A DNA stretch of 64,000 nucleotides from positions 1,623,345-1,687,344 of the forward strand of contig MU004237.1 in NCBI GenBank assembly GCA_010405405.1, read 5' to 3'. The position numbers and the translations under genes are program-made. How positions within the stretch are numbered: the first letter of the stretch is position 1; every line of letters starts with the position of its first letter. The DNA is from Microthyrium microscopicum. Taxonomy: Eukaryota. Below, piece by piece: positions 50,406 through 61,857 of this stretch. The notes below the pieces were generated by a model, which was not told the origin of the DNA, searched no databases, and saw only the letters and a program-made list of their open reading frames with translations.

Positions 50406-51539
50406 ATGGCTCCTCTTCCACCACCAAAGCGTGGCCCTGGCCGCCCTCCCAAAGTCAAGAAACATTTCGGTCGTCCTCGCAAAAATCCAGTCCTAGCAGC
50501 GGCAGTACCTTCCACGCCAGATTCGGACGCTGCTGTCTTACCGCGTGGACGTGGCCGCCCACGCAAAACGCCACTTCTATCTTCCACACCTATTCCGGCT
50601 ACACCTACTGAACGTCGAGCACCTGGCCGTCCGCGAAAAGTTGAGATTGCGAGCACTCTGACACCACCGGCTGTGGTTGTTCCTACCTCCCAGCGTCGAG
50701 GACCTGGTCGTCCGCGAAAGACTGAGGTTGAAGCTACTCCAGAGCCTCTGGCTGTGGTGGTTCCTGTCGTAGTTGTGGATGGTCCTGTTGTGGATGAGAC
50801 TGTGGTGCGTAGAGGACCTGGTCGACCACGCAAAACACCACAGCTTCGATCAGCGTCACCTTCTGACCAGCTCCAATATTCGCCTTCTGAATCGCCTACA
50901 GAGGAGGAGATTATTCTTCAGGATCGGTTGGTTTCAGCTTTGGGTGTTGAGTTGTCGGACGCTCGCAAGTCTCGTCCAATTGCCAATGGTCAGCCTCGCC
51001 TCCACATGAACACCGGCCTATCCCGCATCAACATGCCCGAGGTGGACCTTCTGCTCCCGGAAGCTCCCTATGTGTCGGACATTTGGGAGAATGATGCCAT
51101 GGCCAAAGCTCTGATGCGAACGTGCCCGCGAGAGCTGGTCAGCCAAGAGTGTAATTTGAAAGAGTGTCCTTATCAGGTCCACCTCTGCAAAGACTTCTCT
51201 GGGCTTGAGAGCGACTGTGACATTGTCATGGAGGATTCCACCAACATCACTCACCAAAAGAGTATCGAGGAGGTTCAAGAAGAGGGCCTCAGTGTTCGGA
51301 GCGATCTTCCAGTCATTCATGCTCTACCAACTTGTCCCGCCGTCGCCAACCTTGCGCTGAACTTGACGATGCACGAGATGCATCTTCTTCGTGACGATGA
51401 GGTGGTTTGCGACCTTAGCAACGATGAGGAGCATGATCGGAAATACGGTCATGATCACATGGGCATCCGCGCAATGCGATGGGCGGGCTTGTATCACCGC
51501 AACATGTCGGTGTGGGCAGAAAATGGATTTCAGAAGTGA
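50406..51539 (+). CDS. Intronless multi-AT-hook protein with Cys/His-rich C-terminal region
   Basis: Six GRP-core motifs (RGPGRPPK, FGRPRK, RGRGRPRK, RAPGRPRK, RGPGRPRK x2); 377-aa ORF with ATG in good context. Confidence 0.75.
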   Translation: MAPLPPPKRGPGRPPKVKKHFGRPRKNPVLAAAVPSTPDSDAAVLPRGRGRPRKTPLLSSTPIPATPTERRAPGRPRKVEIASTLTPPAVVVPTSQRRGPGRPRKTEVEATPEPLAVVVPVVVVDGPVVDETVVRRGPGRPRKTPQLRSASPSDQLQYSPSESPTEEEIILQDRLVSALGVELSDARKSRPIANGQPRLHMNTGLSRINMPEVDLLLPEAPYVSDIWENDAMAKALMRTCPRELVSQECNLKECPYQVHLCKDFSGLESDCDIVMEDSTNITHQKSIEEVQEEGLSVRSDLPVIHALPTCPAVANLALNLTMHEMHLLRDDEVVCDLSNDEEHDRKYGHDHMGIRAMRWAGLYHRNMSVWAENGFQK

Positions 51540-52259
51540 TGATGGTCAGCATGTGAGCGGATGAAGATTACTGGTGTCGCTTTTCAGGTCAAACTTTGAG
51601 GCAAACATGTCGGAAGGTATCGATTATTTCAATTCTGCTAAAGTCTACATCTAATTCGATAGACTGTTGTCCTGTCACAGTCATCCAAAAGTGCAAGATT
51701 GTTCAATAGATACATCACTTAGCTTCTTGAAATGGAAACACAGACTTATCAAAAGAAATGCCATGCTCCCTGCAAGTGCGATATCTACCATATGCTACGC
51801 TCTACTGTCGAATTCTTTGTTCCCATCGAACACGCAAAGTCGTCAACGTTGCGTTGGATGTTATGAGTATCAAAGCAGTCACTTTCCAAATAGCTAGCCT
51901 ATCTTGACACATTATAGAGGCAGTGATCACATAGGTTATGATCAATAAAAGGCATATTTTACAGTATCATTTATACATATTATGAATTGTCAAAAGTTCA
52001 CCCGCTCTATATGCAGACCTTTCTGGCTGAGTGGGGAATCATACTCTGGAAATCCCAGCGAGTATCTATAGTAATACAAAAAGCATTTAATCCATGCCTG
52101 GCTTTTCTTCCTCAAACAAACGCCAACTGATCAGGCGGCCGGCAGATGGGGTATGTCAACTCTTCCTCAACCCGAGTTTACCAGGCTATCCAGGGTTCGA
52201 GCCAGAACAAGAACATGCCTTTATGCTTCGCGCAACGCTTTTAAACTATCAATAGTCGC

Positions 52260-54001
52260 TCAATAGTAGTCGCGCGCACTCTTCTGCAACTCAATCAACC
52301 GCCACCCATGCGTCTCCGGATTCATAACATCCTCCGCAATGCGTGTTACACCGATCGCATAAGTAACCTGCTGCACCTTATCCTCCATGCCCGCCGCTAA
52401 ATCACCACTCTTCTTATTCCGATATACGTGTACCTCCTGTGTCCGACACGTGATAACGAAAACAGGCACATCACCCGGATCCAGTAATCTCGCATTAGCA
52501 ACCTCAACATGTCGAATATCCAAAATCCGCCCGTCACTCTTCAGCCCAGCAGTCGTATACTGCTGCATAAGCGCCGCATACACATTATACTGTGCTGCAG
52601 ATAGCCACGTTTTGAGCGTTTCCGTGTCACCCTTAACGTAAGCATCTAGGACTTCGGGAAGGATATATTCGCGCATTTCGATGAGGAAGGGCTCGAGTTG
52701 GAAAGTTGGATCCATTTCACGGAGTTTTTTTATGACCATTGCAGTTTCGTTTTCGGCGAAAAAGCCACCGATGGTGTCAGCCCATGAGCGGGCGGTGCTG
52801 ATGAGAGGGTTATCGGATTGCTCGTAGACGGATTTCATGGAGTCGATTTGTTGGAATAGTTTGGAGGATTGTTTGAAGTCGCGCCAGGATTCTTTCCAGG
52901 CGGCGTCTTTGTGGAGGGTTACATTTGTGCCGGCTCTGTGGAGATGTTATTAGTTGACTATGGAGGAGATTGCGAGGGTGATGAGACTTACTCTGGATCT
53001 TCATCCATCTTCTCCATTTTGCCTCCTGTTCGGCCCATTTGGGCTTCGCGGATTGCTCGTCGTCTCTTGCGCTCTTCTTTTTCTAGCCAGCCACCATATC
53101 TTGAACTGCTTCCGTCGTCGATGACATTTTTGACGGATTTGTAGGCTTCTGTTTCTCGAACTGGTTTTGTCGCCTTGTCGAGACCTTCGCCTGCTACACT
53201 TGCGACCTTCCGAGTGACCTTGCCAACAGGTGAGTCCCATACCGCTGCGGCGCTTTTGCCGATAACTCGTCCAGTACTCTTGAGTGCTTCGGATGTACCC
53301 TTGGTAGCACCCTTAGCAGCCTCCTCGTATGCAGTCTTTGCTTTTTGGACAGCTGGGTTTTGAGTGAACTCTTGGTAGCCAGATGAAAGCGCCTTGGTAG
53401 AATCATTCCAGTCCTTGGAGGCCTTGAACTCTGTTTGCAGAGTCTCCATGAAGACTTGCCATGGAGTTTTGTCGCCATGGGGTGGTGGAGCGGCATCTTC
53501 TTTCTTTTCTTTCCCGTCCTTTCCATCTTTTTCTTCACCTTCTTTTGATTCATTTTCGCCTTCTTTCTTGTCGTTAGAGGTTTGTTCCCCAGACTCTCCC
53601 TCGGTAGACATTGCGCCTTCCGGGTCAGATTTCGCGTCTTTGTCTTTGGGTGATTCTGTGGAAGCTGACTGTTTCGAGTCTTGATCAGACTTTCCGTCTT
53701 CTGATGTGTTCTTTGGTCGGGCTGCTTGAGTCCATGATTGAGATGTTGTGAATGATCGGGAAAGGGACGAGTTTATGGAGAGAGGATTGAGCGGTGATTT
53801 AAGCGCGGATATCGAGGATATATGTGTGACGAAAGGAGAAGAGTTCTGAGAAGTCTGATTTCTCGAGAAAGCGCTCAAGACAGAATGTATCCTCCGGTAT
53901 GAAGCAGTTCGGCCATAACCAGAACTAGGAGCGACGGACAATAACGGGCGAACAAGTTGTTGCGCCCTGGAGAGAACGTAACGATTATGAAGGTTCCTCA
54001 T
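52260..54001 (-). CDS. TIM44: Mitochondrial import inner membrane translocase subunit Tim44, 2 exons
   Basis: Arg/Ser-rich presequence; SSRYGGW; EDPE|AGTNVTLHKD across intron 52991-52936; C-terminal domain REYILPEVLDAYVKGD..GWRLIELQK. Confidence 0.93.
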
Positions 54002-54436
54002 TCCCCTGTATGGTCCTCAGACACCGACACAAAGGAAAGACAGACAATTAAAAGGTGAAGTAGTGGATAGAGAGGATGTAGAGATGAAAAAGTTGCGGAT
54101 GGCGAACTCGGAACTTTTTTTTGGGTCTTTCGACATTTTACCTCTCATCAAACGCCATGCCAGTTTTGGTAATGCCAAAAGGGTGCGACTAAAGTGCTAG
54201 TATATCAGAAAACTCCCATGGAGCTAAACCATCACACTGGATCTTCCTTTCCCCAACTTAATACCACCATCACAATACGTTGCTAATGCAAAAGCAAGAA
54301 GTCTGGATACTGAAGCCTGTCAGGATGTTCTGGAATTGCTCAAGAATATAACATTGCATTCTCAGGACCAAAGCGCAACAAGACTGCTACCCTCAACACC
54401 AACACCATCGCCAGTCATCGCATCTCAACATTCACA

Positions 54437-55207
54437 ATGCCAAAACTTCTCCCCACGGCCCTGCGGCGACCCAGCGCCATCATGCCCTCTCTCCCGCGGC
54501 AAGCCTTAATAACACCAACCCGCTCTATATCAACAACATCAACCCTCTCAGAAACCCAACAACCACCCACCAGCATGTCCGCCCTCCTCGACAGTCTCTC
54601 TCCATCCTCCACCTCTACCTCTCGCTCCGCCGACCACTCCCTCTTCGGTCCAAAAACCACTCTTCGCAAATCAGCACTACCACCACCGCCCCCCAACGCC
54701 GCAGACCGCGATCGTCAATCCCTCGAATCACTCGTCGACAACCTCTCCAAAACATGGGCCAGCTCCGCCAGCACGTTCGCATCAACACGGCCCACCGCTC
54801 CATTCGCACTACACTGCTACACACACAAACACAACACCCATCTCACCTTGTCAAAACCATCCGGTGCGGTCGTCATAAGCATAAGTTGCGGAAATCTTGG
54901 ATTCCGCAAGGCACAGCGCGGTAGCTACGAGGCAGCTTTCCAAACGTCCGCGTGGATGATGCGGACGATGCAGGAGCGTGGTTTACTGCGGGGCATCGAT
55001 GAGATTAGCAGGGAAGGAGGCAAGGGAGAAGACGTGGCGAGTAAGCTCGAAGTTGTGTTCAGGGGATTTGGGGAGGGTAGACAGGCATTTTTGCAGGCGT
55101 TGTTGGGTGTTGAGGGACGGTTGATTAGGGGGCGGATTGTCAAGATTAGTGATGCGACGAAGATCAAGTTGGGAGGTGTAAGGAGTCAGAATCCGAGAAG
55201 GCTGTAG
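54437..55207 (+). CDS. MRPS18: Mitochondrial ribosomal protein uS11m (yeast Mrps18)
   Basis: Presequence-like N-terminus; HKHNTHLTL, SCGNLGFRKAQRGSYEAA, FRGFGEGR, ISDATKIKLGGVRSQNPRRL (S11 fold). Confidence 0.88.
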   Translation: MPKLLPTALRRPSAIMPSLPRQALITPTRSISTTSTLSETQQPPTSMSALLDSLSPSSTSTSRSADHSLFGPKTTLRKSALPPPPPNAADRDRQSLESLVDNLSKTWASSASTFASTRPTAPFALHCYTHKHNTHLTLSKPSGAVVISISCGNLGFRKAQRGSYEAAFQTSAWMMRTMQERGLLRGIDEISREGGKGEDVASKLEVVFRGFGEGRQAFLQALLGVEGRLIRGRIVKISDATKIKLGGVRSQNPRRL

Positions 55208-55417
55208 AGGGTTGGGAGAATGTATTATACGTTGGAGTATGTTGGACAGATCTCAGCTGTTGTAAACTGTATGTTTGGTAAGATGATGTATGGATATATT
55301 TTATCTTTGTCATTGAATGCTTCTAGCTGGAAATACAAGCCGGATCTAGCGTTTAGAGGCTTTTGACATCATTAAGTTCATGTCTATCAATCGTTGTCAT
55401 TGTTTGGTGTGACGGGA

Positions 55418-56502
55418 TCATTCCTCAACTGTCTTGACAAGATCCCAGACTCCGGTGAGCTTCTCTTTCCATAAGCTCACTCGGTTGTCGCCAGTGCTGA
55501 CCGCCAAAACATTGCCTGAGAGACTCCAGCTCACTCTCCATACGACCTCTGGGAAAACAGGAAGCGTAACTGATGTCCAATCCGCTATCACGAGTTAGCA
55601 AGATCCCCTTGACAATAAATCTACACTTACAGCCGTTCTCGCTCGTCCAGACCCGCACCGTCTTATCTTGACTCGCACTCGCAATATACGTCTTCCGCAA
55701 TACCGTCGTGCTCCATGCGACATCTCGCACCCAATCCGTATGCCCTGTCAATGTGCTCACCAAGGTCGCTTCCACTGGCTGTGCACCACCCGCTTGACCC
55801 GCCGCCAGCTCCCAAATCTTGACCAGACAGTCACTTCCACCCGTCACAAACCTCCTCACCGGCTGTGTAGCCGCCCCCGGGGCCCCACTACTCAAACTTC
55901 CCGCCGCCAAACTCGGACTCCATGACACACTATTCGCACCCAATGGATGTGCTGCAAAATGCGCAATCTGCACAAACCCCGGTTGCTGTCCACCACCCAC
56001 CAACTCCAAGACACTCACACTCCCATCGCTCGACGCAGCAGCCAGCAAACACCCTGCCTCATGCGGTGCCCACGCCACCAGATTCACAGACGCGCTATGT
56101 GTGTTTGAGGAATGTGCTAGAGCCCATTGATTTTGCGCAGCCTCGCGATGTACGAGCACGGTGCCGGCAAAGGAAGAAGAGGCGAGGAGAGTGCCGAATT
56201 TGGGATGGGCCCAGGCGACGCTCCAAACAGGGCCGGCGTGGGCGCGGATGGTTTCAGAGAGGCGGTGGGTGTCACCGTCAATTTCGAAGATTTTGATAGT
56301 TTTGTCGGAGGAGCAGGTTGCTAGGCGGCGGCCGTAATAGTCTAGGACGGCATCGTGCTGGTGTTGGGGTTAGCTGGGTATGAGGGTGATGAGGAAGGAG
56401 GCGTTACTATGGGCTCGTCGTGGCCGGAGTTTGATATTACTTGAGCTGCCTATTCGTTGTTAGTATGAATTTGTGGTAGTTGGATCAGGACGCAAGTACC
56501 AT
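55418..56502 (-). CDS. SEC13: COPII/nuclear pore WD40 protein Sec13, 4 exons (first exon is ATG only)
   Basis: [68 protein letters not shown]. Introns 56499-56450, 56407-56358, 55630-55585. Confidence 0.95.
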
Positions 56503-56922
56503 GATGTGTGGTTATGAAGCAATTGATGTTGATGGAGATTCATTCCACCAATATCAAAAGGCTTGAAGCTTTGGCGATGTAGTTGGACAGGGGTTCGCAA
56601 ATGCTAGCTGTCATCTCGGATAATCTACGGGCCGTGGAAGAGACCCTAGTCCGGCCCCTGTGAAGAATATCAGATGTTTCCTTCTGGAAGCCTTCCTTAA
56701 TGGGCCTAGCGCATGTGAATCCAATTGACCGCGGCAATTCGGGGCAACTTTGCCATCGCTTGTGTCATGTGTACTAATTCAACATCTGCTACTATACAAA
56801 TCATGGCCCAATTTATTTCTATGCTTAAACCTCTACAATCCTAAAACTTTATAACTCTCTGATCTGTCATACCACCTGTCTTCCCATCATCATTTCTGCC
56901 TCCCATCGTTTTGTACTCCACC

Positions 56923-58165
56923 ATGGCTGACGCGCTATGTGGGCCGTCAAATCCCCTCCAAAACTTCCAAAAACACACCCAACAAGATAGATCTTCACAG
57001 CAAGACAGATTAGTATCTAGAGCTGGCCCTTCACAAGTATGTATCGTGTTCATACAGGATTCGAGTTGTAGCTAATATCTTATTCAGGGCTTTAGATCTC
57101 CCTCTCAGAATGCCGGACTACTAGATCCTGAATTCGAAGCCTTTCAAGCCGGCCATCCTACTCCAGCCGTTCCTCTCGCCGCTCCATCCCCGTTTTTCCA
57201 GCAATCCTTCCCACAGCGACATCAAACTCCTTTCTCGCAGCCAGCAGTCATAGGTGCTGCGCCAGACTGGGCACTCGATTTCCAACGACTGAATCTCTCA
57301 AGCCCCTCCCCCGCATCTCAGCAACATGCCCACCAAGCACCGAGTGCATTCTCACAGGCGCCAATGGCGAGCCAACCGTCCATAACGGCTGGAGCTTCAT
57401 ATTCGAGTCCAATGTTCAACTCGTATTCGACGGGTATGATGGGTGCTGGATATGGCCCGGGTGTAGGCATGGGTTATATGCCTGGCCAAGAAGAGCGGAT
57501 GCTTGAAGCTCAGAATCAAGCGCAGAAACAAACGCCAGTATTTGACGATGCCGCATTTGCTGCAGCTTTCGACGACGCAGCTGCGTTCTTACAACCTCAA
57601 CCGCAAACAGCCAGTGACTTGAAAGCTAGCAAATCTCTTGCTATGAGCGAAATGGATGCTTTGATGCGATCAGAGGAAGAATTGGATGCTATCATGAGCG
57701 GCGCCGTTATGCCGGAGCATAATGACTCGGATTATGCTACCTTTGAAATCAACAAGGTACATTTCCATGATTCCGTCGTCACTCACGAGCCACTTCTTCA
57801 AGAAGAGTCAAAACAACAAGAGGAACGGTTTATGGATGTAGGAGATGCTTTGGCACAGACTGCTGGACAATTACTTGACAGTGTCTCGCACGAAACATCA
57901 GAAAAGTTTGCTCAGAGCAGTTTCTTGGAACTCATGAGAAGGCTGAGAGATCGAGAAGTGAAAGTTGATGGAGACAATTTCATAGATGTAAGCACCCTGA
58001 GTTCTGATCATTGTTATACAGAGCTAACAGTCGTAGTCATCTACAAACGCCATCGCCAATACTACAGGAGAGGAGTCCATGATGATGGATCCTGTCCCAC
58101 CACAACTGCCGGATATTGAAGAGGGGGGACCAGGGGCACCATACGAACCAGTTGGTGAGTCTTGA
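56923..58165 (+). CDS. PEX20: PTS2 co-receptor peroxin Pex20
   Basis: N-terminal MADALCGPSNPLQNFQKH with the conserved Cys; WALDF (WxxxF); C-terminal Pex7-binding region LAQTAGQLLDSV..KFAQSSFLELMRRLRD. Introns 57037-57087 and 57988-58036. The 3' end may extend to 58297 through a further intron. Confidence 0.85.
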
Positions 58166-59782
58166 ACGGAACAATGCTATTGAATATCCCAAGACTATAC
58201 GACACGTCGTGACATTTCGGGTGACTTGAGAAGGCTGATTCGGGTTCAACATCGGTTAGCTGAAAGCCCTTTTCCACCATACTCTTACCTTGCCTGAACG
58301 AAACGACAACTCGTCGCACCCATCCACACTCCACCCACCCACACACATACCACGATCTTTTATTATTTTTCTCTTTTCCCGCTCATTATTTACTCGTTGC
58401 ATTTGGAAGACGGAACAATATCCTGACTATTCGCTCTTTTTGAACATCTAGAATACCTTTCTAGACCTCTTACTCCTGAGATCGATCCGCCCGCGCCAAC
58501 GCTTGCGGCTTGGAAACAACGACTACTTGGATGAGAGGCTGGGAGAAATAACATCAAACACCACACAAAACCATCATCCCTTGCTTGCCCTGTTCACACA
58601 CTCCTCCCATTACCGTTACTCTTCAGCGGCACTTCAGTAACACGGTCGGCTGACACGTGGACAATATCATCAGATTCGACCACTACCTTCGCACACCACG
58701 CTGGCACCAGAGATTCGCCAGCATCTTATGTAGCCGGGTGCTACTTCTTTCGACGCGACGGTATAATACCTTGAGGCCAGGTACCTTCCAATAATGAGGC
58801 AAGGCTAGCCAGCACACCACCTTTTCTACGATGAGGCTGGAAAATGAGAAGGCTACTATCCATAGCATAAAACGAATTTCCAGCAATGATGAACAAGATA
58901 TGACTAAAGTATGCATTGAAATCAGTGAGCTGGATTTTGGAAAATGATACAGCTAGTTGTCTGGGCGGATGATCGAAATGATTTGCTGGGAGAACTCGAA
59001 TTAGGACGCAGTTCTTCGACTTCTGCATGATCTGGTAGCTGTCACATAATCAATGGCTGAAATGGCAAAATTTGCAATTCCTGCTCTCTATGTTGGTGAC
59101 TACGTGGTTTCCTTGAGCGGAAATGTGTTTGGCGTTCTGAAATGAGCAATCCCATGAGACTGGACTTGCAAAACAGACTGCCAGCCTTACCGCAACATTC
59201 CAAAAAATTCAACCAAACTTTAGAACCTAGACGATGAAATCTGCCTTGACGTATCGCTGACCAGGGAATTGTGGTCAAAGGCAATGAAAAGATTGCAATG
59301 CGGTTGAATAGATGACATCTTTCAAACTTTCCAACGACGTTCAGACACTAAGCTTCGGGACACGCAGATTTATTCCGACTCTTTTACATGTCCGTTGACG
59401 TTCAAGCAGGCTGACACTCTATATTCGCGTGCGTTCTTGAGATCCGCGCCGTGTCAGTCATTAAAACTTGGCTTCTTGACTCTCCAATGATGGATGAAGG
59501 TCAACACGTTTCCGTGATGTCAAGCCGCACGTTTTAGTCAAACATACTCACAATATCCTTTCTCATGGGTCAGTTAGCTGCCGGATTGGAAGTTTACGAG
59601 TGGACTACACCAATCAGCTATATTCTTGTAATCGGGTTGCAGGAGCCTACATTGTACTAATATGCGGCTCATCAGGCTGAGGCTGAGTCCCTACTCCTCA
59701 CGATCTTGTGGCTGCCCCAAGGAATGGATCAACTATTTTCAGGAACTTGGAAACCTTTCAGCATGATATCGACAGACGCAGA

Positions 59783-60991
59783 ATGAAGTCCATAACCATC
59801 CACGCAGTCATATGGCTCTCCTACTCTGTGCTTTACTGTGTCGCGCAAACCGCCAACTCTAGTACCGAAGCCTGTGCCGTTCCTCCTATCATCAAAGAGC
59901 GACAAGTCACTGGCGAGCTACTGACGGATCCTCCCCTCAATACCTTGAGTATAATAAAACCAATCCACAACCATGGCTGCACCACATTGCAAAGGCAAAT
60001 GCTTACGGAGGCATGGAACGAGGCCGGAGAGCTTGCCGATGCCTTCGATGACTGGGAGTCGTCAGGATGGACATTCGATGGAAAATATCAGCCCGCGATG
60101 GATATGTACATGGGAACTGGATCGAGGCATGACTGGGCCTGGTGGGGACCAGATGGGCCATTGAAGCGTAAGAACCTCTCTCCGCAAATCTTCAGCCTTA
60201 TATAACACGCAAATTGCTGAAAGCACGTAGAGAACGTTCGACGGCAACGAGGCATTCACTTTCCCACGGATTACACCCCCAGTCGTACATACAGCTACTT
60301 CTACTGCAACGAGAAGGACGTGCCATTCACCATCCCAGAGAACCCCGACAAAAACAAATGCTGTCCCGCAGACGATCCAGCATGCTGTAAACCCGAAAAC
60401 GCCAAAAAAGCAGATCTGTTCGCCTACACCTGGGACGCACCAGGCTGGATCTGGTCAGCACACTACATCGTTTTCTGCCCACGCTTCTTCCTACCACCCA
60501 TGACCTCGCTATCCCAAAAGAAAATCGACAACGCAAACTCATATGGAGCGAAGAGGATCGTAGACTATTGGCTAAACACCCGCGCCATCTACCTAATGCA
60601 CGAGACATGGCATTGGGCAAAAACCGTTTCGCGTCCAACATGCGATCTGGAGCCAGAAATCTACGACGCGGCGCAGGTATATCTCCTGCCGGGCAAGGTA
60701 GGAACAGACATAGCGAAACTGAATGCGCATAGTTGGACTATTGCCGCGCTCGCGATTTGGTTGCAGAAGACGTATGATCTGGTGTCGCCGCCTACGCCGT
60801 GGCAGTTTGTGCCGCCTTCACTGCTTAATCTGAATTCGACACTGATGCCGACATTGTATCCAAAGCCGCTGGAGGACGTGGGTGTTGATGTGAAATTGAT
60901 GGCACCGCCGGATGGGTGGGAGGCGCCTGTTATTTATACGAATAGTTCTTCTGTGGGTCAGTGGACAGCGTGGTTGAGCGGTGGTGGTTGA
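59783..60991 (+). CDS. Secreted HEXXH zinc metalloprotease-like protein (M35/deuterolysin-like), 2 exons
   Basis: Signal peptide MKSITIHAVIWLSYSVLYCVAQ; intron 60168-60230; IVFCPRFF, YLMHETWH, LNAHSW. Confidence 0.7.
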
Positions 60992-61857
60992 GTGATGTAG
61001 GATCGTCCAAGAGGAATGTTGCAAAGAGGGTTGGCTTTTATTGTCTGTATGGCTACCAAAATATGCGAAGCAAAAGACCAAGAAGTTTTTTGAGGCATGT
61101 TCCCTTCGGAATCACTCTGTCATAACCTTGCACTCCCGAACGTGAGCGCTAGCTGTAAGCATACGGGTGAAATGGCCTGGAAGGTTAGAACCAGTGTATG
61201 TATAAACTTCCCACGAATTCGGTGGGAGGCACATGAGCATAGACTTAGATACCGCAAGCAGATTTTGGGAAAAAACAACAGTTTGATTGATGAATAAAGA
61301 TCCAATGTACCGCTTAATCGCCCATAACATCAAATTTCCCCCTCGGAAATAAGAAAAACAACCCATAAGCATATATTAGTATGATCATGTATTTTTTGTC
61401 CCTGTCCATCAAAGCTATTACACCCAGTCCCCACCCGTTCTAGAAAGTGTTGCTCGCGGATAATATATGTCTGGGATGGTTTCCCTGCCCTGACTCGCGA
61501 GAGTTGCGCGCTAAAGTTGTGAGGAGATTTATCGTTTGGTTGCAGACAACGACGTGGGCAAGAGTTGAGTAAACTGGATTGTGAGGTGATATGTCGAGAA
61601 GAATGTGCTATATTCCCAAAGATGCGGTATAAATGCCAAGTACTCGCGCGCGGTCAAGTATTTCAACAGACGAACGTGCTCATGCTTTGCGGGAAACCGT
61701 CTTTGGAATACACGGAGGTTTGTAGCGAGCGTCGGGTGTAGTTCGGTCGATAACTTCATAAAGCCAGGATAAAAGAAAAGCTTTTAGGTATTAAGACCCC
61801 GGAAACGGGGTAGTCGCGGGTTGGTCGAAAAGCCATTGCAGCAAGGCGCAAATCGCT

